Program-made: the position numbers and the translations under genes
The notes under the pieces: generated by a model
Databases searched by the model: none
Seen by the model: only the letters and a program-made list of their open reading frames with translations
Told to the model about the DNA's origin: nothing
Shown: positions 57,230 through 64,000 of the stretch, piece after piece
Layout: each line of letters starts with the position of its first letter
Position numbering within the stretch: the first letter of the stretch is position 1
DNA from: a virus
Length of the DNA: 64,000 nucleotides
Direction: 5' to 3' (one strand)
Virus record (IMG/VR): IMGVR_UViG_3300032893_000011
Coordinates: 49,741-113,740 of that record

Positions 57230-57451
57230 ATGAGCGGGGATATCAGCCTGCGCTGCTGCGACGCCGGGTGCAACGGAAACCACTATGGACTGACGGCCGA
57301 CGAGTTCCACGACTTGGCCGAATACAACGGTTGGCGCTCCTGCGGACTCAACGTCGGTGAACCCTTACGACCCGATGGCGACCTAGACCGAGAGCACCGC
57401 ATGATGCTGCTGCAACACCGCTACGACAGCTACACGTTCGGCGATGAGTGA
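57230..57451 (+). CDS. Small hypothetical protein
   Basis: GAGGTG upstream; Cys-containing. Confidence 0.45.
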   Translation: MSGDISLRCCDAGCNGNHYGLTADEFHDLAEYNGWRSCGLNVGEPLRPDGDLDREHRMMLLQHRYDSYTFGDE

Positions 57452-57482
57452 GATGACGACAAAACACGCCGGTGTGTGCGAA

Positions 57483-57511
57483 TTGACTCACACTGTTGCT
57501 CATGTGAGGAT
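57483..57511 (+). promoter_or_regulatory. Putative promoter
   Basis: TTGACT-N17-GAGGAT with an internal CTCACA/TGTGAG inverted repeat. Confidence 0.4.
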
Positions 57512-57540
57512 GACCATCAGTCGAGCAAGAAGGAGCCACC

Positions 57541-57792
57541 TTGACCACGGTCGACCAGGTCGCTGCTACCGCAGTGTCAGCCCTCGGCACCATTGAAGTG
57601 GAGGTGTCGGCCGCCGGTTTCGTGACCGGCGTGCGCCTGCACCGAGACGAGGCGCGGCGCTGGAGCTCGTGGCTGTTCGGCGACCGGGTGGTCGACGTCG
57701 CCAGGGTGGCCCACGACAGGTTCCGCTGCGCCCAGGTCGGCACACCGTCACCCGGTGAGGTTGCCGCCCGCGAGCAGAAACTGAGGTTCTGA
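57541..57792 (+). CDS. YbaB-fold (EspD/EspH/DUF2694-like) protein
   Basis: AAGGAG RBS; S..GTIEVEVSAAG....VRL......W....GDRVV.VA.VA. Confidence 0.55.
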   Translation: MTTVDQVAATAVSALGTIEVEVSAAGFVTGVRLHRDEARRWSSWLFGDRVVDVARVAHDRFRCAQVGTPSPGEVAAREQKLRF

Positions 57793-57793
57793 A

Positions 57794-58081
57794 ATGCGCA
57801 AGCGGCCCGAGCCGCCCATCGGCGGCCTGCCGGTGCTGCCCGACCCGCTGGAGTGGCACATCCTCGAAGTCGACAACTTATCGGTACCGGGTGAACCGGC
57901 AATCGGGATAGTCATCCGCAACCGGCTGACCCACCTGGACGCCCAGGCGATGTCCCTGAACGTGGCCGGGCTGCGACTGGAGGAGATACCGGGGGCGGTG
58001 GAGCGCGCCGCCCTGGACGTGTGGGAGGCCTACCAGCGCCGACGGGCCATCTCGGAGCTGATCGCAGAAAGGTGGCGGTAG
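57794..58081 (+). CDS. Hypothetical protein
   Basis: ORF abutting both neighbours. Confidence 0.5.
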   Translation: MRKRPEPPIGGLPVLPDPLEWHILEVDNLSVPGEPAIGIVIRNRLTHLDAQAMSLNVAGLRLEEIPGAVERAALDVWEAYQRRRAISELIAERWR

Positions 58082-59509
58082 ATGGACCCGTTCGAGTTCA
58101 TCCGCTCGATGAATTCCCTGTTCAGTCTGCTGTCCGGCAAACCCGACACCCAGCCCGCCCCTACCACCGGGCCCACCGACGGGCCGACACCCCCGCCGGG
58201 CCCGATCTTCGGCCCGGCCGCAGCCCCCCCGCCACCTCCCGCACCGCCCCCGCCCGCCCCTGGTCCCCCGCCCCCTGCGACAGGGCAGGCCGCCGACGCA
58301 GCCGCCGCGGACGCGGCGAAAAGCGGCGTCACCGTCGAGGCTTTGGCTGAGCTTGACCGCGACTCGGCCGACACCCTCGCCAAGATCCAGTCGGCCGGGC
58401 AGGAGGGGCAGCGCCAGCTCGATGCCATCCAAAGCGATTTGAACGCCGAGATCGCCCGCCTGGGCCCGACGCTGAACACCCCGTCCGGGCAGCAGCGGCT
58501 ACGCGAGGTGCTTAAGGACAAGCTGTCCGCCGCTAAGGGCGTGATCGATGCGCATATGGCCGCGGCGTCGGACGCGGCGAAACGCACGCACGACCTGACG
58601 TCCAAGTACGCCGGGACGGGCAACCCCGACGACACCCCGACCACCCCGGCGGCCGCCCCGCCACCGGCCGACGACAACCCGCCACCCGCCCCTGCTCCCA
58701 CCCCGCCGCCGGCACCTGCGGCGGACACGTCGGCAACCCCGGCGGCAGCGCAGCCGACCGGCATGCCGATGGGCGGCGGGATGCCGATGGGCGGCGGGAT
58801 GCCGATGCCGTCGCTGGGTGGCATGGTGCCGTCGTTGAGCGGGCTGCCCGGCATGGGCGGCGGCGGCCCGTCGTTCGGCGACCCCGGAGGCGGCTCGGGT
58901 GACCGACCGCCGTCGTTCCACGACGACACCGGCCCGGCGAACGACAAGCCCAAGGCCACCGCGTTCCACGACGACCCCGACACACCCAAGCCCGCCGCAG
59001 CGCACGACACCACCGACCCGGCGCACCCCGACCAGGCGCACCCCGACCCAACTGCAACTACACCGGCCGCGACGACACCCGCCGCGCCAAACCAGCCCCC
59101 CGACCCCGGCCACGGGACGGACGTGCGCTGGCCGGACGGCACCACGGTCGTGCAGGCCCGCAACCCCGTCGCCGCCGCGGCAGCCAACGCCGCCACGCAC
59201 GGCGCCACCGTCGAGGACGCCTATAAGCGGGCCGGGATCACGCTGCCCCCGCCGGGCACCCCGGTAACCGACCCGCTGCCGCCGACCGACCTGCACGCCG
59301 GTGACATCGGTGTGTACAAGGACCACATGGTGATGGCCCTGGGCAACGGCAAGGTCCTCGTCAACGGGCAGCCGCAGCCGCTGGGCTCGCTCGGGTCGTC
59401 GGATGCGTTCCTCGGATGGATCGACCCGACGAGACACGCCCCGCAGCCCGCATCTGCGCCCACCCCGCCCGCACCTGCGCCGCAGCCGGTGCCCCTGGCG
59501 CTGTCGTAA
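58082..59509 (+). CDS. DUF4226-like ESX-associated protein
   Basis: LD....D.L......G...LDAI..D...L..TPSGQ..L...L.DK; C-terminal AYKRAGITLPPPG...DL.AGDIG...MALGNGK...FLGW. Confidence 0.7.
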   Translation: MDPFEFIRSMNSLFSLLSGKPDTQPAPTTGPTDGPTPPPGPIFGPAAAPPPPPAPPPPAPGPPPPATGQAADAAAADAAKSGVTVEALAELDRDSADTLAKIQSAGQEGQRQLDAIQSDLNAEIARLGPTLNTPSGQQRLREVLKDKLSAAKGVIDAHMAAASDAAKRTHDLTSKYAGTGNPDDTPTTPAAAPPPADDNPPPAPAPTPPPAPAADTSATPAAAQPTGMPMGGGMPMGGGMPMPSLGGMVPSLSGLPGMGGGGPSFGDPGGGSGDRPPSFHDDTGPANDKPKATAFHDDPDTPKPAAAHDTTDPAHPDQAHPDPTATTPAATTPAAPNQPPDPGHGTDVRWPDGTTVVQARNPVAAAAANAATHGATVEDAYKRAGITLPPPGTPVTDPLPPTDLHAGDIGVYKDHMVMALGNGKVLVNGQPQPLGSLGSSDAFLGWIDPTRHAPQPASAPTPPAPAPQPVPLALS

Positions 59510-59521
59510 AAGGGGCGACTG

Positions 59522-60583
59522 GTGGGCCTGGCGGCGTTTGTGCAGTCGGCGGGTGCGGCGATGGGGGCCGCCCGCGACAGCTTCGGCACCGGCGGGGCCG
59601 TGCCGCCCCCGGCCAGTGTGGGCACCCCACCGGGTCCAGCCCCCGCGTCCGGGCAGGCCGCCGCCGCCGCCCTCGCCGACGGCAACACCATCCACGGTGT
59701 TGTGGCCACGCTTGAGGGCCACGACCAGGCCGCGGCCGAGCAGCTGATCGCCGCCGCGGCCGCCTCCAACGCCGGGCGTGACGCGATAGACGCCGCGATC
59801 ACGGCGGCCCTGGCCGACATCGCCGCGCTCGGCGAATCCGTCGACACCCCGCAGGGGCAGGCGGACCTGGTGGCGGCGATCAAAACGCACCTGCAGGACG
59901 CCAAAACGGTCGTGGACACGGGCAGCGCCGACGCCTCGACGCGGGCCGCCGCCGCGCACACCATCGCCGCCACCTACGCAACCCCGTCGGCGCCAATGAC
60001 GTCCATGCCGTCCGCGCCGACAGCGCCGCCGACCGCGACGCCGATGAGCTGGGGCCCCGCGCCGACACGCGCCGACGCCAGCCCCGTCTACGGCCCCGCC
60101 GACCCCCCGCTGGACGCCGCCGCCCACCTGCCCGCCGCCTCGGTGTCCGACCCGCCGGTCAGCGGCGACCGGGCCAGCGTCGCCCGCTACATCTACCGCA
60201 CCGCCCGCGCACACGGCTACAGCCCGCACGACGCCCTGGCGATCACCGCCTACGCCGACGGGGAGTCGTCATTCCGTCCGACCGTGAGCCCAGGCGCCCA
60301 GTACGCCGCCGGTTCGGGCGGCGACGCCTACGCCAACACTGTTGTGGGGCTGTTCCAGGAGAAACCCGCCTTCGCCTCCGATGTGGGGATCGACCCTGCG
60401 CTGCGCTACACCGTGGAGGGCAACACGGAGGCCTACCTGCGCCAGCTCGCCGCGCATCCCGGAGGCGACATCTTCGACCGGCTGCTGGCGACCTCGGTGG
60501 GCGGGCCGATGTACACCGGCGGTAGATCGAAGATGCAAGAATTGATGGCCGCGACCCGTCAGCTGATCGGCGAGCCGACGTGA
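59522..60583 (+). CDS. DUF4226-like protein with a lytic-transglycosylase-like C-terminus
   Basis: GRDAIDA.I..A.AD...DTPQGQ; ARAHGYSP..A.AI....GESSF.P...GLFQEKP. Confidence 0.7.
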   Translation: MGLAAFVQSAGAAMGAARDSFGTGGAVPPPASVGTPPGPAPASGQAAAAALADGNTIHGVVATLEGHDQAAAEQLIAAAAASNAGRDAIDAAITAALADIAALGESVDTPQGQADLVAAIKTHLQDAKTVVDTGSADASTRAAAAHTIAATYATPSAPMTSMPSAPTAPPTATPMSWGPAPTRADASPVYGPADPPLDAAAHLPAASVSDPPVSGDRASVARYIYRTARAHGYSPHDALAITAYADGESSFRPTVSPGAQYAAGSGGDAYANTVVGLFQEKPAFASDVGIDPALRYTVEGNTEAYLRQLAAHPGGDIFDRLLATSVGGPMYTGGRSKMQELMAATRQLIGEPT

Positions 60584-61650
60584 GCGGCCTGGCGGCGTTT
60601 GTGCAGTCGGCGGGTGCGGCGATGGGCTTCGCCCGCGACAGCTTCGGCACCGGCACCCCCGCCGGGCCCGACCCTGCGCCGCCGCCCGCGCCCCCGGCTG
60701 CCATACCCGGCGCCTCCGGGCAGGCCGCCGACGGGTTCACTGGAGAGTCCGACAACATCGGCGGGCAGGTCGACGGGTTAGACGCCAACGACACTGCCGC
60801 CGCCGCGCAGCTGGCGGCCGCCGCGCAGGCCTCCGGCGCCGGCCGGGGACGCATGGAGGCGGTGATCGCCGCCGCCGTCGCCGACGTGCACGCCCTGGGG
60901 TTCGCCACCAACACCCCCGCCGGGCAGGCCGCCCTGATCGCCGCGATCAAGACACACCTGCAGCAGACCCAAACCAACCTGGACGCGGGCAGCGCCGACG
61001 CGGGCACCCACGCAGCCGCGTCGGGCGCCACCGCCGCCGCCTACCGCGGCGCCACGACACCGGCCGCTTCGGGCGCCGCGATGCCGCAGATGGGGCAGCT
61101 GGTCTCCGGGATCACACCGCTGGCGTCGGCCGCTGGCGCCCCCCTGCAGGCCCTGTCCGGGCTGGGCGGTTCGATGCCGCAGATGATGGCACCGCTGGCG
61201 TCCATGAGCAGCCCCGCCGCGCCGCACTACGGCAAGGCTGAGGACGCTGCGGCGATGCCCGAACTGGCGGGTGAGCCGCTGGCCACCGGGCAGCCGACCG
61301 CCGCGACAGAGGCCGCCCGCCGCGCGCTGTCGCAGCTCGGGAAGCCCTACGGGTGGGGCTCCGCCGGACCGTCGTCCTACGACTGCTCCGGCCTGTGCCA
61401 GTGGAGCTACCGGGGCGTCGGGGTGAACCTGCCGCGGGAAACCTACGACATGGTCCACGTCGGGCAGACCGTGCCCCGCGACCAGGTACGCGCCGGGGAT
61501 CTGGTGTTCTCCAACTTCTCGGCCCGCGGTCCCGAGCATGTGCAGATGGCGATAAGCCCGACACAGGTGGTCGAGGCTCCCACACCCGGCGGGCACGTAC
61601 AAGTAAGCTCGATACCCAATAGCGTCATTGTCAAGCGGGTGGTGGTGTGA
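60580..61650 (+). CDS. DUF4226-like protein with an NlpC/P60 peptidase domain
   Basis: LGKPYGWG..GP..YDCSGL..WSY..GV.LPR...GDLVF...HV.M. Confidence 0.85.
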   Translation: MSGLAAFVQSAGAAMGFARDSFGTGTPAGPDPAPPPAPPAAIPGASGQAADGFTGESDNIGGQVDGLDANDTAAAAQLAAAAQASGAGRGRMEAVIAAAVADVHALGFATNTPAGQAALIAAIKTHLQQTQTNLDAGSADAGTHAAASGATAAAYRGATTPAASGAAMPQMGQLVSGITPLASAAGAPLQALSGLGGSMPQMMAPLASMSSPAAPHYGKAEDAAAMPELAGEPLATGQPTAATEAARRALSQLGKPYGWGSAGPSSYDCSGLCQWSYRGVGVNLPRETYDMVHVGQTVPRDQVRAGDLVFSNFSARGPEHVQMAISPTQVVEAPTPGGHVQVSSIPNSVIVKRVVV

Positions 61651-61762
61651 TGGGCGGGTTCCTGTCGCGGCTCGTCAGGGTGATCGTGTGCGTGCCGACG
61701 TTCGGCGACAAGCACATCAGCGTCACCGTGAACATCACGGTCCTCGGCCGCTCGGAGCTGAG

Positions 61763-61900
61763 ATGCTGCCGGGACTGATCCGTCTACTGAGGTCGTGGCG
61801 GCACTACTACCACCACGGGCCCGTCTGCCATCCCTGCCCGTTCTGCTGCTGCCCCACCTGCTGGGGATGCGACGAGCTGGAGGCGCGATGCCGGGGCTGA
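61763..61900 (+). CDS. Small His/Cys-rich peptide
   Basis: GGAG RBS; HYYHH..CHPCPFCCCPTCWGC. Confidence 0.4.
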   Translation: MLPGLIRLLRSWRHYYHHGPVCHPCPFCCCPTCWGCDELEARCRG

Positions 61901-63381
61901 ACTACGCCAGCTGGGAGCAGGTGCAGGGCTGGCGGTTCCTGGCGCACCGCGGCGCCGTCGCGATCGGCCGCCGCAACGTGCGCCTCGTGCACGACCCGAG
62001 CAAGAACGCGGGCGCGTCCCTGCTCGTCGGCACCGTCCTGTCCGTGTTCGTCGTCGGCCTGTGCTTCCTGCTGGCGGTGCTCAAACCGATGGGGCTTGTC
62101 GGGCACAACCGCATCGTGTCGGACCGGGCCAGCGCAGCCCTCTACGTCGACATCGACGGCGTGATGCACCCCGCCCTCAATCTGGCTTCGGCGCGGCTGA
62201 TCACCGGCTCGCCCGACGATCCGAAAGCCGCCCCGATCAGCGAAATCCACCAGCTGCCGATCGGCCCCACCGTGGGCATACCCGGCGCCCCCACCGACCT
62301 GGCCGTGCGCGGCCCCGCCGACACCGACTGGGGGATCTGCGACACGCTCGGCTCGACCGGCTCGCAGGTCACCCCCCGCACCACCGTGCTCGGCGGCCGC
62401 CCAGTCCTGCAGGACTGGGCCAGCGTCCTGCAGGCCCCGCGGGCGGTGCTGATGACCTACGGTGCCGACAACTACGTCGTGACCGGCGGGCAGCGCTCAC
62501 AGATCGATTTGACCGACCGGGCGGTCACCCTGGCCTTGGGCCTGCCGGTCGGGGACCTGCACCCCGCGCCGATGTCGCAGGCCCTCTACGAGGCCCTTAC
62601 CCCGTCGCCGCCCATGCGGGTGCCCGACATCCCCGGCCCCGGCGGGCCCGTGGGCTACGCGATGCCCGATGCCCCGGTGGTGTCGGGCACGGTGCTGCGC
62701 ACCGACGACGTCGGCACGGTGCAGTGGTTCGCGGCGCTGCCCGCCGGTGTGCAGCGCATCCCAGCCACCGCCGCGGAGATGATCGCCAACTCCGGTGGTC
62801 AGGTGATGAACGTCCACTCGCGGGTGGTCGCGGCGATGCCGCAGGCGGTCGGGTTCGACACGTCGGTCTACCCTCCGGGCCATTTGCAGCTCGCAGACAA
62901 GGGCGACGAGCCGGTCACGTGCGTGGCGTGGCGCAAAACGTCGGGGGAGCCCCGCGCGCAGATCAGTGTGGTGAGCGGGCGGCGCCTGCCGATCCCGATG
63001 GGCGACGAACGCCGCGTCATCAGTCTGGTGCAGGCCGGGCAGGGCGCCGCGGACGCAGTGTGGCTGGCCCCTGACTCGGCGAACTGGGTGCAGGTCACCG
63101 GCGTCGAACCCGCCTCGGGCCGGGCGGAGAGCCTGTGGTTCGTCAGCGACACCGGGGTGCGGTTCGGCGTCCCCGCGGGCCGCAACGACCAGACACGCCG
63201 GGCGTTGGGCCTGGAGGATGCGCCGACACCGGCGCCGTGGACGGTGCTGCGATGGCTGCCCGCCGGGCCCGCCCTGACGAAGTCGGCGGCCCTGTCCGAG
63301 CACGACACCCTGCCCCTCGACCCGACCGCGCAGGGGGCGTCGTCTTCGGTGCTCGGAACAACCGTGGCTGGCCTAGCCTAG
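61888..63381 (+). CDS. eccB: Type VII secretion membrane component EccB
   Basis: QV.GWRF...HDP, TM helix, KP.G, LYV.IDG..HPALNLASARL, GIPGAP, W.ICD, PVTCV.W, GVRFGV, PAPW, GP.L...AL.EHDTL. Confidence 0.92.
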   Translation: MPGLNYASWEQVQGWRFLAHRGAVAIGRRNVRLVHDPSKNAGASLLVGTVLSVFVVGLCFLLAVLKPMGLVGHNRIVSDRASAALYVDIDGVMHPALNLASARLITGSPDDPKAAPISEIHQLPIGPTVGIPGAPTDLAVRGPADTDWGICDTLGSTGSQVTPRTTVLGGRPVLQDWASVLQAPRAVLMTYGADNYVVTGGQRSQIDLTDRAVTLALGLPVGDLHPAPMSQALYEALTPSPPMRVPDIPGPGGPVGYAMPDAPVVSGTVLRTDDVGTVQWFAALPAGVQRIPATAAEMIANSGGQVMNVHSRVVAAMPQAVGFDTSVYPPGHLQLADKGDEPVTCVAWRKTSGEPRAQISVVSGRRLPIPMGDERRVISLVQAGQGAADAVWLAPDSANWVQVTGVEPASGRAESLWFVSDTGVRFGVPAGRNDQTRRALGLEDAPTPAPWTVLRWLPAGPALTKSAALSEHDTLPLDPTAQGASSSVLGTTVAGLA

Positions 63382-63561
63382 ATGCGCTACCGCGGCACGG
63401 GTCCGAAATTCTACAAGGTCAGCCAGCGCAAGGTGGTTTACCGCTGGTCAGATATCCGGGCCTACTTGGAGGCCAACATGGTCGAGGCCGACCAGCAGAT
63501 CACCGAAATTCTGAACACCGCAACCATCGTAGAGGCCACAGAAAAGGGCAGCCAGGAATGA
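63350..63561 (+). pseudogene. N-terminally truncated AlpA/excisionase-like HTH gene, in frame with eccB
   Basis: VLGTTVAGLA*MRYRGTGPKFYKVSQRKVVYRWSDIRAYL. Confidence 0.7.
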
Positions 63562-64000
63562 AACCTCAGATAAAACTCGGGCAGCCCCTGACCGGCGAAC
63601 AACTCGAGCGGATACATGAACTACGTGATCAATGGATGGAGACCGGGCTGTCGACCGAACGGTGTGATCGCCCGGCCGCCGAAGCCGCTGTGCGAGCCGT
63701 GTATCGGTCCGCCGGACTGAAAGAACCTGAACTTTTCATTTGGATGGACTCACCGCTCGGAGGCGCTCTCGCCGCTGCGACAGTGCGTCAGCTGCTCTCA
63801 ATGGGCCAGCTCGGCGACCGGCTCGCGGGCCAGCTCACGGAAGAGCTCAGGGGCCAGCTCAGGGGCCAGCTCACGGAAGAGCTCTGGGACCAGCTCAGGG
63901 GCCAGCTCGGGGGCCAGCTCTGGGGCCAGCTCAGGGGCCAGCTCGCGGGCCCGCTCGGGGGCCAGCTCTGGGGCGAGCTCGGGAACCAGCTCACGGAAGA
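63558..64000 (+). CDS. DUF6745-like protein with xxQL tetrapeptide repeats (partial)
   Basis: W...GLSTE..DR..AEAAV..VY..AGL..P....W.DSP followed by GQLRGQLWDQL repeats. Confidence 0.7.
   Translation, partial: MKPQIKLGQPLTGEQLERIHELRDQWMETGLSTERCDRPAAEAAVRAVYRSAGLKEPELFIWMDSPLGGALAAATVRQLLSMGQLGDRLAGQLTEELRGQLRGQLTEELWDQLRGQLGGQLWGQLRGQLAGPLGGQLWGELGNQLTE
63803..64000 (+). repeat. 12-nt coding tandem repeat (GGCCAGCTCNNN)
   Basis: Directly visible; runs to the window end. Confidence 0.85.

Larger units (their letters stand above)
1..64000. mobile_element. Actinobacteriophage / phage-plasmid-like element (partial) carrying a relaxase and ESX genes
   Basis: Tape measure, minor tail genes, lysins A and B and a phage recombination pair lie together with a MOBF relaxase and eccB. 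No host housekeeping genes are present. Confidence 0.85.

Noticed and set aside
162-63361. Many long antisense or alternate-frame ORFs (e.g. 9763-11685, 36038-37573, 42852-45578, 58499-60229)
   Set aside because: Expected in high-GC DNA with strong third-position GC bias. They have no recognisable motifs and overlap better-supported genes.
2041-63381. Genome-wide TAG recoding suggested by in-frame TAG junctions (2041, 25358, 58079, 63379)
   Set aside because: Other TAG stops (15725, 17170) end genes cleanly before out-of-frame neighbours, and no suppressor tRNA was seen.
63788-63994. Minus-strand SWPxSWP ORF
   Set aside because: Antisense shadow of the 12-nt repeat in the + strand gene.

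Overview
High-GC actinobacterial (most likely mycobacterial) temperate-phage or phage-plasmid DNA with four parts. (1) 1-28.6 kb, + strand: a siphovirus virion and lysis arm resembling the Cluster B layout: accessory and fibre proteins, head-tail connectors, tail chaperone, a 2178-aa tape measure, minor tail proteins, GH25 lysin A and cutinase-type lysin B. (2) 28.6-41.6 kb: phage early and regulatory genes (RecE-like exonuclease with a Rad52/Sak-like annealase, HNH nucleases, HTH and RHH regulators, TerS-like and ParB-like proteins) plus structured non-coding tracts. (3) 41.6-52 kb: an apparently intact MOBF/TrwC relaxase-helicase, a candidate oriT, and a leading-region-like run of small genes including DUF932. 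(4) 52-63.4 kb: a partial type VII secretion (ESX-2/plasmid-ESX-like) cassette with EspC-, PE/PPE-, EspK-, YbaB- and DUF4226-like genes, cell-wall hydrolases and eccB. The cassette ends in-frame inside a broken AlpA/excisionase-type HTH gene, after which phage-type genes resume. No capsid, portal, large terminase, integrase, Rep, EccC/D/MycP, VirB4/VirD4, tRNA or CRISPR was recognised. All family calls come from motif recognition by eye, not from database searches.
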